Shown one piece after another: positions 9,344-17,873 of a stretch of 34,073 nt of DNA. The stretch spans positions 1 to 34,073 of the forward strand of contig CAYRXQ010000004.1 in the NCBI GenBank assembly GCA_964428115.1, in the 5' to 3' direction. The position numbers were made by a program, and so were the translations under genes. The stretch is from an uncultured Ilumatobacteraceae bacterium. GTDB taxonomy: Bacteria > Actinomycetota > Acidimicrobiia > Acidimicrobiales > Ilumatobacteraceae. Positions within the stretch are counted from its first letter, which is position 1; each line of letters begins with the position of its first letter. The notes below the pieces were generated by a model, which worked only from the letters and a program-made list of their open reading frames with translations, was not told where the DNA came from and made no database searches.

Positions 9344-9473
9344 CGCACGAGTGTGGCGCACCGGAACAGCGCCGGCGGTGTCGTTCGTCGAGCAGTCACC
9401 AGACCCAAGGTGCCCAAGAACGGCAGAACCCCCGGCCCGGGCTGCTCTCGCAGTCCCGTGACCAGGGGTTTCG

Positions 9474-9551
9474 TGGTCGGGGTGGGGAGATTTGAACTCC
9501 CGGCCTCCACGTCCCGAACGTGGCGCGCTAACCAAGCTGCGCTACACCCCG
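9474..9551 (-). tRNA. tRNA-Pro (anticodon CGG), CCA encoded
   Basis: The reverse complement folds by hand as CGGGGTG-TA-GCGC-AGCTTGGTTA-GCGC-G-CCACG-TTCGGGA-CGTGG-AGGCC-GGGAG-TTCAAAT-CTCCC-CACCCCG-A-CCA. It has a 7-bp acceptor stem, a GGGAG/CTCCC T-arm with a TTCAAAT loop, and an anticodon loop TT-CGG-GA. Confidence 0.9.
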
Positions 9552-9566
9552 TAGCGGTGGACGATG

Positions 9567-10025
9567 CTACCCGGCAGGAGCCGGTTCCACCTCGGGCGCC
9601 TCGGCCTCGTCGACCACTCCCGTGGCTTCCGGATCGACGACGACACCCTCGGTGTACGTGCCGCCGCCGACGATCACGGCGGTCGCCCGCGCGAGGCGGA
9701 GCGAGTCGAGCGGCTTGACGATCCACCCCTCGGCACCGGTCCGACGGGCCAGGTGGAGATCGACCTGGCGGTCGAGCAGCATCAGCACCGGGACGTGCGG
9801 CAGGGCGCCCGAGGACTCGTCGAGGCGCAGGTCCATCGTCACCGCGAGCCCGCCCATCGAGCCGATCTGCATGTCGAGGATCGCCAGGTCGGGCGTGCGC
9901 GCCTCGACCACGTCGCTGACCACCCGCCCCTCGCGGCACACGGTGAAGCTGGTGTCGGGGCCGCCGAGCGCTGCGGTGACCTCGTCGACGACCCAATCGG
10001 CATCGGTGGCGAGCAGGATGTGCAC
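9567..10025 (-). CDS. Stand-alone response-regulator receiver domain protein (CheY-like) with an acidic low-complexity tail
   Basis: Receiver motifs are present: ILLATDAD (acidic pocket), PDLAILDMQIG (phospho-acceptor Asp) and WIVKP (conserved Lys). No output domain is present. The GTG start at 10025 is chosen just downstream of the preceding gene's stop; the exact start is uncertain. Confidence 0.75.
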   Translation of the reverse strand: MHILLATDADWVVDEVTAALGGPDTSFTVCREGRVVSDVVEARTPDLAILDMQIGSMGGLAVTMDLRLDESSGALPHVPVLMLLDRQVDLHLARRTGAEGWIVKPLDSLRLARATAVIVGGGTYTEGVVVDPEATGVVDEAEAPEVEPAPAG

Positions 10026-10042
10026 GACGGGGACGATACCGC

Positions 10043-11101
10043 TCAGGCGTTCGGCGCGAAGAGGTGACCTCGCAGCGTCAGCAGTCCGTCGAGGTCGTGG
10101 ACGTCGCCGCCGAGGAGCGGCACCTCGACCATCGGGGCGCCGTCGAGGCTCGCGGCCAGGGGCGCGAGCTGCGCCTGCTCGCGTTCGCGCATGGTCCGCA
10201 GGTCGACCAGGTTCTGCCAGAGCGGGGTCAGCGCCGGGTCCTCGGGCTGCGACACGGCATCGAAGGTCGGGTGGGCGCGGTTCACGATCGCGGCGGCCAC
10301 GCTCAACCCCTGACCCGTGAGCTGGTCGACGAACCAGACGGCCTCGGTGACCGTGTCGTAGCGCGGCGAGGCGACGACGAGGAACCGGGTGGAGGGCGCC
10401 CGGAGCAGGGCCGTCACCTCCTCGGCACGTTCGCGGAACCCGACGTCCATGCCGGCGAAGGCCTGGAAGAACGCCACTGCGTCGGCCAGCACGTCGGAGC
10501 CGACCACCTTGCCGATCGCCCGCAGGAGCGGTTGCGCGGCCACGTTGAGCACGCGCAGGCCGCTGCGGGTGGGGAGCATGAGCAGCTTGAACACCCGATG
10601 GTCGAGGAAGCGGGCGAGGACGCCCGGCGCCTCGAGGAAGTCGAGGGCGTTGCGACTCGGCGGGGTGTCGACCACGACCAGGTCGAACCGGGGATCCCCG
10701 TGGAGCTGATGGAGGGCCTCGCTCGCCATGTACTCCTGCGTGCCGCTGAGCGACCCCGCGATGTTGCGGTAGAAGCGGTTCTCCACGATGCGGGCGGCCT
10801 GCTCGTCGCTGCCGGCGTTGGCGCGCACCACCCGATCGAACATCGCAGCGGTGTCGAGCATCATCGCCCACAGCTCGCCCGGTGCATCCAGGTCGACGCG
10901 GGTCGGCTCGGGGCCGAGCCCGTCGGGGAGCCCGAGCGCGTCGGCGAGGCGGCGCGCCGGGTCGATCGTGACCACCACGACGCGTCGGCCACGGTGGGCG
11001 GCGTCCAGGCCGAGCACCGCGGCGGTGGTCGTCTTGCCGACCCCACCCGAGCCACAGCACACCACGACCTCGGCGCCGGCGAGCGCGTCGCGCAGCGTCA
11101 C
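10043..11101 (-). CDS. ArsA/Get3-family P-loop ATPase (second of a pair, BagB/Rv3680-like)
   Basis: 352 aa. It has a deviant Walker A (CCGSGGVGKTTTAA) followed by VVVVTIDPARRLADALG, typical of ArsA/Get3. Its GTG start overlaps the upstream gene's TGA (GTGA at 11098-11101). Confidence 0.85.
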   Translation of the reverse strand: MTLRDALAGAEVVVCCGSGGVGKTTTAAVLGLDAAHRGRRVVVVTIDPARRLADALGLPDGLGPEPTRVDLDAPGELWAMMLDTAAMFDRVVRANAGSDEQAARIVENRFYRNIAGSLSGTQEYMASEALHQLHGDPRFDLVVVDTPPSRNALDFLEAPGVLARFLDHRVFKLLMLPTRSGLRVLNVAAQPLLRAIGKVVGSDVLADAVAFFQAFAGMDVGFRERAEEVTALLRAPSTRFLVVASPRYDTVTEAVWFVDQLTGQGLSVAAAIVNRAHPTFDAVSQPEDPALTPLWQNLVDLRTMREREQAQLAPLAASLDGAPMVEVPLLGGDVHDLDGLLTLRGHLFAPNA

Positions 11102-12006
11102 GACGGTGCTCCGAGCGACCGCGCCAGTTCAGCGATGTCGGCGGCGGTCAGCCCGGCCACGGGAAGGGCCGGCAGGTGCACCTGGGGCAGCGGGACCGAC
11201 GCCGTGAGCCGGGCCACCTCGTCGCGCTCCATCGCCCGACGGTCGCGCCGGAACCGGGCCGCAGCCTCGAGCGCTCCCCGTGCGGTCGGGTCGAGCGCAG
11301 CCAGGGCGGCGAGCACGTCGGGATCGTCGGCGGCGGGCAGCTCGACGCCCGAGTCGAGCTGATCGACCACGATCGGACCGAGCTGGACCCCGGCCACGTC
11401 CTCGAGGGCGAAGGCCGTCTCGACCAGTTCGTTGACCGGGGTGGTCTCGGGCAGCGTGACCATCACCACCTGGCAGCGAGCCGGGTCGTGGAGGAGCTCC
11501 AGCACGGCGATCGCCTGGTTGCGCACCGGCCCGCCTCGCGCTGCGTCGGCCAGACCGGCCGCCGAGGTCAGGAAGGTGATGGCGTGGCCGGCCGCCGGAC
11601 CGTCGACCACGATGACGTCCCACTCGCCCGAGCGCTCGAGCTGCTTGATCTTGCCGAGGACCACCACGTCGTCGATCCCGGGTGCGGCGGTGCCCACCAC
11701 GTCGATCACACCGGTCGACGCGAGGCGCGACGCGACCCGGGCGAACCCGTGCTCGCGCAGGTACTCGTCGAGGGCGTCGGGGGCTGCGATGGTACGGACG
11801 TCGAGGTCGGGCAGGAGCTCGGCGAGGGTCGGCTTGCCGTCGAGCTCCACCACCAGGACACGACGTCCGAGGTCGGCTGCGCCACGTGCCAGAACTGCCG
11901 TTACCGTGGTCTTGCCGACACCCCCCTTGCCGGCCACCACCACCACTCGAGCGGCGAGCAGCGACGACCAGGGCTCGGCCAGGGTCGCATCGTCGGTCTC
12001 GCTCAC
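11098..12006 (-). CDS. ArsA/Get3-family P-loop ATPase (first of a pair, BagA/Rv3679-like)
   Basis: The P-loop is VVVVAGKGGVGKTTVTA. The GTG start at 12006 is preceded by GGAGGA at a spacing of 9-10 nt. The upstream 130 codons of the track ORF overlap the NfeD gene and look non-coding. Confidence 0.8.
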   Translation of the reverse strand: MSETDDATLAEPWSSLLAARVVVVAGKGGVGKTTVTAVLARGAADLGRRVLVVELDGKPTLAELLPDLDVRTIAAPDALDEYLREHGFARVASRLASTGVIDVVGTAAPGIDDVVVLGKIKQLERSGEWDVIVVDGPAAGHAITFLTSAAGLADAARGGPVRNQAIAVLELLHDPARCQVVMVTLPETTPVNELVETAFALEDVAGVQLGPIVVDQLDSGVELPAADDPDVLAALAALDPTARGALEAAARFRRDRRAMERDEVARLTASVPLPQVHLPALPVAGLTAADIAELARSLGAPS

Positions 12007-12031
12007 TCGATCACGTCCTCCGGAGGCACCC

Positions 12032-13357
12032 GTGCGCAGACTAGCGATCGCCCTGCTCGGCACCGCCGCCCTGCTCGGCATCGCCGGGAGCTCGGCAGCG
12101 GCGCAGTCGACCACCGAGATCCCGCCGGTCGACGTGCTCCAGGTCAGCGGGCTGTTCGACGAGATCCTCGTCGAGGAGGTGCTCACCGCCATCCCGCGCG
12201 CCGTCGACGGTGGCGCCCAGGCGTTGATCCTGCAGGTGAACACGCGCGGCGCCGTGGTCGGCGAGGCGCGCATGGTGGAGCTGCTCCAGGCGGTCGCCGA
12301 CGCGCCCCTGCCGATCGGCGTGTGGGTCGGGCCCTCGGGCGCCCGGCTGTACGGCACCCCGGCCCAGCTGCTGTCGGTGGCCGATGTCACGGGCATGGCA
12401 CCCGGATCGCGGGTCGGCTACACGGGTGCACCACTCGAGCTCGACGGGGCGACGATCGAGTTCGGTGCCGCCACCGACGTCCTGCGCAACGGATCCCTCG
12501 GGTTGAGCGACGCCCGCGAACTGGGCGTGTTCAAACAGCGCATCTCCGATGAGGGCATCGCCACGATCGCCAACATGATCGATGCGCTCGACGGCTACGA
12601 GGAGGGCGGCGTGGTGCTCGACACCACCACCGAGACCGTCACCGACGACGGCACCGTCCAGCGTGACACCGTCTCGACGGTCCGGTTCTTCAAGCTCGGC
12701 CTCGTCGACCAGCTCTTCCACACCGTCGCCAGCCCGGCGGTGACGTACCTGCTGTTCCTGACCGGCATGGCCCTGATCCTGTTCGAGTTCTTCACCGCCG
12801 GGGTGGGCATCGCCGGCGTGGTCGGCGCCGGATCGGTGGTGCTCGCCTCCTACGGCCTGGCCGAGCTCCCGTCGCGGCCGTGGGCCATCGCACTGCTCGT
12901 GTTGGCGATGATCGCGTTCGCGATCGACGTCCAGGTGGGGCTGCCACGGGTCTGGACCGGCGTCGGCATCGTGCTCACGATCGTCGGATCGATCTTCCTG
13001 TTCGAGGAGCTCCCCGGCGCCAACCTCCGCCCGGCCTGGCTCACCCTGATCGTGGGCATCGGCGGCATCATGCTCTCGTTCATCGTCGGCATGCCCTCGA
13101 TGGTGCGGACCCGGTTCGCCACCCCGACCATCGGCCGGGAGTGGATGATCGGCGAGCTCGGCACCGTCGTCGACGAGATCGCTCCGGAGGGCGTGGTCCA
13201 GGTGGGTGACGCCCAGTGGCGGGCCCGCACCAACCGCGCGACCCCGATCGCAGCCGGCGAACCCCTCCGGGTCGTGGCGATCGACGGCGTCACCCTCGAG
13301 GTCGAGCCGCTCGAGGGCGCCGCCAAGGACTACCGGGAGATGCGCAACCGCTCCTGA
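12032..13357 (+). CDS. NfeD-family membrane-bound ClpP-class serine protease (long form with C-terminal OB-fold domain)
   Basis: The GTG at 12032 is preceded by GGAGG (12022-12026). The Sec signal peptide is RRLAIALLGTAALLGIAGSSAAA-Q. A ClpP-like domain follows (ALILQVNTRGAV...IGVWVGPSGARLYG), then about 5 TM helices and an NfeD C-terminal beta domain (GVVQVGDAQWRARTN...LRVVAIDGVTLEV). Confidence 0.8.
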   Translation: MRRLAIALLGTAALLGIAGSSAAAQSTTEIPPVDVLQVSGLFDEILVEEVLTAIPRAVDGGAQALILQVNTRGAVVGEARMVELLQAVADAPLPIGVWVGPSGARLYGTPAQLLSVADVTGMAPGSRVGYTGAPLELDGATIEFGAATDVLRNGSLGLSDARELGVFKQRISDEGIATIANMIDALDGYEEGGVVLDTTTETVTDDGTVQRDTVSTVRFFKLGLVDQLFHTVASPAVTYLLFLTGMALILFEFFTAGVGIAGVVGAGSVVLASYGLAELPSRPWAIALLVLAMIAFAIDVQVGLPRVWTGVGIVLTIVGSIFLFEELPGANLRPAWLTLIVGIGGIMLSFIVGMPSMVRTRFATPTIGREWMIGELGTVVDEIAPEGVVQVGDAQWRARTNRATPIAAGEPLRVVAIDGVTLEVEPLEGAAKDYREMRNRS

Positions 13358-13402
13358 ACGGGCTCTTGCGTCCGCACGGGACGCGGCCTAGGTTCGCCGT
13401 CG

Positions 13403-13675
13403 ATGTCGCGCACACCCCCCGTGCCGACCTCCGACCGACACGCGTGGCAACAGCAGGCGGCGTGTCGTGGAGAGTTCGGCTCCGCCTTCTTCCCACCCGC
13501 CCACGTCGAAGGACGTGAGGAGAAGCTCGACCGTGAACGTGCCGCCAAGGCCGTCTGCGCGAGCTGCCCCGTCCAGGTCGCGTGCCTCGACCACGCCGTG
13601 GTCCACGACGAGCGCCACGGCATCTGGGGCGGGCTCACCGACGCCGAACGACGTCAGCTGCGCCGGTCGGCCTGA
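13403..13675 (+). CDS. WhiB-family [4Fe-4S] transcriptional regulator
   Basis: 90 aa. It has four Cys in the WhiB pattern (C-x31-C-x2-C-x5-C), the GIWGG turn and a basic C-terminal tail (ERRQLRR). Confidence 0.9.
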   Translation: MSRTPPVPTSDRHAWQQQAACRGEFGSAFFPPAHVEGREEKLDRERAAKAVCASCPVQVACLDHAVVHDERHGIWGGLTDAERRQLRRSA

Positions 13676-13688
13676 GAACGAGCGCCCG

Positions 13689-15398
13689 TCAGACGGGCAG
13701 CCGTGGTCCCGCGATCCGCAGGTCGTCGCGCCGTCGGGTGATGCCGCGGGCGTCGAGCTCGGCGGCCAGGGGCAGCGCGTACTTGCGGGTCGTGCCCGTG
13801 GCCTCCCGGAAGGCCGAGACGGTGAACCCCTCGGGCGTGGCGCGCAGCAGCTCGGCAGCGACGCGGGCAGCTGCCGCGATCGCGTCGGGGTGGAAGAGGA
13901 TCCCGTCGCGCTCCACGAGGAGCCCGCGCCGCACGAGGGCCCGGAGCTCGCCACGGTCGACGCCCTCGGGCGCAGGCGGGGTGAACCCCCCGGTCGCGGC
14001 AGCGGCGAGGAAGGGGTGATCGGCCAGGACGTCGACCGCGTCGGCGAGCTTGACGCGGCCGTCGACCACCACGAGATCGGCGAGCGTGGCGAGCAGGGCC
14101 CGGCCCCGGTCGTCGAGGGTCGCCAGGTCGAGCCCGGCCGGATCGGCGGCCCCGGCGCGGATCTCGGCCTCGAGCCGGGCGAGCTCCTCGCCGGTGGTCG
14201 CCCACCGTCCGATCGTCGGCTCGACGCGCACACCGGTGAGCAGCTCGAGTTCGTCGACGTCGATCCAGGCGCGCTCGGCGACCACCCGGTCGATCGAGCG
14301 GTCGGGGCGGGCCTTCGAGGCCGGGCGCACCGGCGCCACGTCGAGCACCTCGCCGCCCCCGACGGTCTCGTCTCGGCCCGACTCACGCAGCACGAACCGG
14401 TCGCCGGGCAGCAGCGGCAGCGCGACGGGCAGGTGGAGGCGGATCGGGCCGGTGGAGCCGGGAGCGAGACGCTCGTCGCCGAGAACGCGGACCCGCACCG
14501 GCAGCTCGCGCGATCCCAGGTGGACGACGTGCGCGCCGCGGCGTGAGACCGAGTGGTCGAGCGCGTCGAGTACCTGCAGGGTGGCGTCGACGCGGTCGGT
14601 GCGGTGCCACCGCCCGGGCGTGACCACCACGTCGCCGCGGGTCAGGTCGTCGTGGGCGACCCCCGACAGGTTGACCGCGACCCGGTGGCCCGGGGCGACG
14701 GAGTCGGCCGATCGACCGTGGACCTGCAGGGAGCGGACCCGCGCCGGCCGGTTGCCGGGTTCGACCACCACCTGATCGTCGACGGAGAGCGCGCCGCCGG
14801 TGAGCGTGCCGGTCACGACGGTGCCGCTCCCCCGGGCCGCGAACACCCGGTCGATCCACAGCCGGGGTCGACCGTGGTCGGCGGCGGGTGGAGTCCGCTC
14901 GACGAGGCGATCGAGCTCGGACCGCAGCTCCTCGAGGCCGAGCCCGGTCGTGGCAGCCACGGGGACGATCGGCGCGCCGTCGAGGAAGGTCCCCGCGACG
15001 TGGTCGAGCACCTCGAGCACGGCGAGGTCGCGCCACTCCTCGTCGACCAGATCGACCTTGGTGAGCGCCACCAACCCGTGGCGGATCCCGAGCAGCTCCA
15101 GGATGCGCAGGTGCTCCTCGGACTGCGGCTTCCACCCTTCGGTGGCGGCCACGACGAACACGCACGCGTCGACGCCACCGACGCCGGCGAGCATGTTGCG
15201 GATGAACCGGACGTGACCCGGGACGTCGACGAAGCCGAGCTCCTCGCCCGACGGGAGGGTGAGGTGGGCGAAGCCGAGGTCGATCGTGAGCCCGCGGCGC
15301 TTCTCCTCCTCGAATCGGTCGGGGTCGGTGCCCGTGAGCGCGAGGACCAGCGACGACTTGCCGTGGTCGACGTGCCCGGCGGTGGCGACGACCCTCAT
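13689..15398 (-). CDS. selB: Selenocysteine-specific translation elongation factor SelB
   Basis: 569 aa. The GTPase motifs are [11 protein letters not shown] (G1), DVPGH (G3) and TKVD (G4). A long C-terminal winged-helix extension is present. The start overlaps the selA stop (ATGA at 15395-15398). Confidence 0.9.
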   Translation of the reverse strand: MRVVATAGHVDHGKSSLVLALTGTDPDRFEEEKRRGLTIDLGFAHLTLPSGEELGFVDVPGHVRFIRNMLAGVGGVDACVFVVAATEGWKPQSEEHLRILELLGIRHGLVALTKVDLVDEEWRDLAVLEVLDHVAGTFLDGAPIVPVAATTGLGLEELRSELDRLVERTPPAADHGRPRLWIDRVFAARGSGTVVTGTLTGGALSVDDQVVVEPGNRPARVRSLQVHGRSADSVAPGHRVAVNLSGVAHDDLTRGDVVVTPGRWHRTDRVDATLQVLDALDHSVSRRGAHVVHLGSRELPVRVRVLGDERLAPGSTGPIRLHLPVALPLLPGDRFVLRESGRDETVGGGEVLDVAPVRPASKARPDRSIDRVVAERAWIDVDELELLTGVRVEPTIGRWATTGEELARLEAEIRAGAADPAGLDLATLDDRGRALLATLADLVVVDGRVKLADAVDVLADHPFLAAAATGGFTPPAPEGVDRGELRALVRRGLLVERDGILFHPDAIAAAARVAAELLRATPEGFTVSAFREATGTTRKYALPLAAELDARGITRRRDDLRIAGPRLPV

Positions 15399-16705
15399 CG
15401 GTCGACAGTTGCGACGAGCGCTGCGGTGATCACCGGATCGTCGGCCGGGTCGACCGATCGGAGATCGAGCAGGGTCCGGTCGTCGCGGGTGCGGGCGATG
15501 ACCGGTGGCGTGTGGGCCCGGAGCCGGGCCGTGCGGTCGCCGACCAGCTCGATCCCGACCGAGGGCATCGTGGCCCCGGGCGCCGAGCCGGCCCCCGGCA
15601 GCGCCTCGGTGAGGACGATGACGCCGACGCCGGCCGCGGCGACGATGGCGGCGGCGCGACGTTCGAGCTCCTCCACCGCCGCGGCGACCATGCGCCAGAA
15701 CGCGACGGTGGTCGCGGCGTCGCGGCGGAGGTAGGCGAGTGCCACCTCCTGCAGGGCCGCGAGCACCAGGCCGCCGGGGCGCAGCGCCCGTGCCAGGGGG
15801 TGCGCGGCGCAGGCGGCGACGAGATCGGCGCGACCGGCGATGATGCCCGACTGCGGGCCGCCGAGCAGCTTGTCGCCGCTGAAGGTGACGAGCGCCGCCC
15901 CGTGCTCGATCGACTGCCGGGCCGCCGGCTCACCGGCCAACCAGGCCGGCGGCGGACCGTGCAGCCACGGCACGTCGGCGTCGAGGAGGCCCGATCCGAT
16001 GTCGGCCACCACCGGCACGCCGAGGGTGGCCAGCTCGGCGATCGAGGTCTCCTCGACGAAGCCCTCGATGCGGTAGTTGCTCGGGTGGACCTTGAGCACG
16101 AGCGCCGCGTCGACGGTCGGGCGCTCGACGGCCCGGCGGTAGTCGGCGAGGCGGGTGCGGTTGGTGGTGCCGACGTCGACGAGTCGGGCGCCCGACTGCT
16201 CCATCACCTCGGGGACGCGGAACGCGCCGCCGATCTCGACGCTCTCGCCGCGGCTGACCGGCACATCGCGGTCGGCCGCGAGCGCGGCGAGCACGAGCAG
16301 GACGGCCGCTGCGTTGTTGTTCACGACCATCGCCGACTCGGCCCCGCACAGCCGGGCGAAGAGCTGGCCGACAGCGCGCTGGCGCGAGCCGCGCTCACCG
16401 GTGGCCAGGTCGAACTCCACGGTCTGGGCCCGGGCGGCCTGGTGGTGGGCCAGCGGTGCGCGGCCGAGGTTGGTGTGGAGCAGCACCCCGGTGGCGTTGA
16501 CGACCGGCGTGAGCAGCGTGCGGGCGAACGCCTCGGCCCGTGCCGCCGCAGAATCGGGGTCACCCGCGGCGATCGCCTCGCGGGCACAGTCGACGAGGAT
16601 CGGGTGCGGGAGACCGGTCGCGGCGAGCGAGCGCGCCAGGCGGTCGACCGAGGGGGGCCGGTGCTCGGGGGTGGCCTCCATCGCCGGCGAGCCTACGCTC
16701 GCCAT
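15395..16705 (-). CDS. selA: L-seryl-tRNA(Sec) selenium transferase SelA
   Basis: 436 aa. It has an N-terminal PSVDRLAR motif (compare E. coli PAIDRLLR) and the PLP-lysine motif [17 protein letters not shown]. An alternative ATG at 16681 is equally plausible. Confidence 0.9.
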   Translation of the reverse strand: MASVGSPAMEATPEHRPPSVDRLARSLAATGLPHPILVDCAREAIAAGDPDSAAARAEAFARTLLTPVVNATGVLLHTNLGRAPLAHHQAARAQTVEFDLATGERGSRQRAVGQLFARLCGAESAMVVNNNAAAVLLVLAALAADRDVPVSRGESVEIGGAFRVPEVMEQSGARLVDVGTTNRTRLADYRRAVERPTVDAALVLKVHPSNYRIEGFVEETSIAELATLGVPVVADIGSGLLDADVPWLHGPPPAWLAGEPAARQSIEHGAALVTFSGDKLLGGPQSGIIAGRADLVAACAAHPLARALRPGGLVLAALQEVALAYLRRDAATTVAFWRMVAAAVEELERRAAAIVAAAGVGVIVLTEALPGAGSAPGATMPSVGIELVGDRTARLRAHTPPVIARTRDDRTLLDLRSVDPADDPVITAALVATVDR

Positions 16706-16707
16706 CC

Positions 16708-17145
16708 GTGCCGCTGCCCGTCGAGATCACCCGCCTGGACCCCGAACTCCCGTTGCCGGCCTACGCCCGCGAGGGCGATGCCGGCCTCGACCTCTCCGCC
16801 CGGTCGGGGGCGCACCTGGCCGCGGGTGGCGGGCGGGCGCTCGTGCCCACCGGCATCTCGGTCGCGATCCCCGTCGGTTGCGTGGGCTACGTGATGCCTC
16901 GGTCGGGGCTCGCGCTGCGCCACGGGGTGACCGTCGTGAACGCGCCCGGGGTGATCGACGCCGCCTACCGCGGCGAGATCCAGGTGGTGCTCCTCAACAC
17001 CGACCCGCACGAGGCCTACGACGTGCACCGCGGCGACCGCATCGCCCAGTTGGTGGTCCAGCGTGTCGAGGCGGTCGAGTGGCACGAGGTCGACGGGTTC
17101 GACGGCGAGCACCGCGGCGGGGGCTTCGGCCACACCGGCCGGTAG
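16708..17145 (+). CDS. dut: dUTP diphosphatase
   Basis: From the GTG at 16708 the translation reads [29 protein letters not shown]...[10 protein letters not shown]...RIAQLV...[10 protein letters not shown], covering all five dUTPase motifs. The upstream part of the track ORF (16540-16707) overlaps selA and is rejected. Confidence 0.9.
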   Translation: MPLPVEITRLDPELPLPAYAREGDAGLDLSARSGAHLAAGGGRALVPTGISVAIPVGCVGYVMPRSGLALRHGVTVVNAPGVIDAAYRGEIQVVLLNTDPHEAYDVHRGDRIAQLVVQRVEAVEWHEVDGFDGEHRGGGFGHTGR

Positions 17146-17844
17146 TCAGCGCCAGGCGAAGACGGGTTGCTCGAAGTGGTCGACGCGGGCCTCCGCCGGC
17201 GCACGGCCTTCGACGGCGACCCAGCGGAACTGGACCAGCACGGCGCCCGTCGGCGCGTGGATCAGGTCGCCACCGAGGGGCACCTGCACCACCGGCCGGT
17301 CGCTCTCGGGGATCGTGACGAAGCGGGGCGAGTCGTCGCGCAGGAGCTGGTGGACGCCGACCCGGTAGGCCGCCAGCACCTCGTCGGGGTGCGGGCGGAG
17401 CTCGGTCCGGCCCCCGCCCCACAGCACGACGGGGGTGATGACGTAGCCCGAACGGGTCGGGTAGTCGTCGAGCAGGCCGAGCACCGACGACTCGGGGAGC
17501 GCGACCCCGAGCTCCTCGTCGAGCTCGCGCCGGGCCGCCTCCTCGGGGGTCTCGCCGGGATCGAGTCGGCCGCCGGGGAGCGCCCACTGCCCGGCGTGGG
17601 CGTTGAGCCGGGAGGCCCGGCGACACAGGACGAACGCCGCGCCGCCCGCCACGCCCTCGAGCCGTCCGTCGAGTCCGGTGACGTCGGAGGGGATCACCGA
17701 GAGCGCATCGAGGTCGGGGGCCCAGTGATCGACCCGCCCGTCGCGCTCGGCGTCGGAATCGACCACGACGATGGCGACGGCCGCGTGACGGCGACCGTCC
17801 AGGTCGACCTCGACGCGATCGTGTGCCGCGAGGTTGGCCCGCAT
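17146..17844 (-). CDS. Nudix hydrolase (CoA-pyrophosphatase-like)
   Basis: The Nudix box is GGRLDPGETPEEAARRELDEELG. The ATG at 17844 is the first start after the upstream gene's stop (17874). The remainder of the 647-aa track ORF is an Arg-rich artefact overlapping the YibE/F gene. Confidence 0.8.
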   Translation of the reverse strand: MRANLAAHDRVEVDLDGRRHAAVAIVVVDSDAERDGRVDHWAPDLDALSVIPSDVTGLDGRLEGVAGGAAFVLCRRASRLNAHAGQWALPGGRLDPGETPEEAARRELDEELGVALPESSVLGLLDDYPTRSGYVITPVVLWGGGRTELRPHPDEVLAAYRVGVHQLLRDDSPRFVTIPESDRPVVQVPLGGDLIHAPTGAVLVQFRWVAVEGRAPAEARVDHFEQPVFAWR

Positions 17845-17873
17845 GCGGTCGGCGAGGGCGTCGTCGTAGGGGA

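Noticed and set aside
9344-9535. N-terminal 64 codons of the track's 704-aa ATPase ORF
   Set aside because: This extension reads straight through the tRNA-Pro gene (9474-9551). The start was moved to the ATG at 9343.
9567-11060. 497-aa minus-strand ORF overlapping the second ArsA-like gene
   Set aside because: Only its last 152 codons (the receiver domain) look real. The upstream part is Arg/Pro-rich and out of frame with a clear ArsA-family gene.
12007-12396. 130-codon N-terminal extension of the first ArsA-like ORF, and the 11432-12031 extension of the NfeD ORF
   Set aside because: The two extensions overlap each other's genuine coding regions and have Ser/Thr/Ala/Pro-rich nonsense composition. 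SD-preceded GTG starts at 12006 and 12032 give proteins with canonical N-termini.
13368-13384. GCGTCC-gcacg-GGACGC hairpin after nfeD as a terminator
   Set aside because: It has only a 6-bp stem and no U-tract, so it is too weak to annotate as a feature. It is mentioned only as context.
16540-16707. 56-codon upstream extension of dut
   Set aside because: It overlaps the selA 5' region and is Arg/Gly/Pro-rich. dUTPase homology begins at the GTG at 16708.
13358-16707. tRNA-Sec (selC) near selA/selB
   Set aside because: The non-coding gaps here are only 45, 13 and 2 nt, too short for a roughly 95-nt tRNA-Sec. No T-arm-like GGTTCGA(A/C)TCC was noticed in the larger gaps (9344-9473, 21269-21414, 22429-22536).
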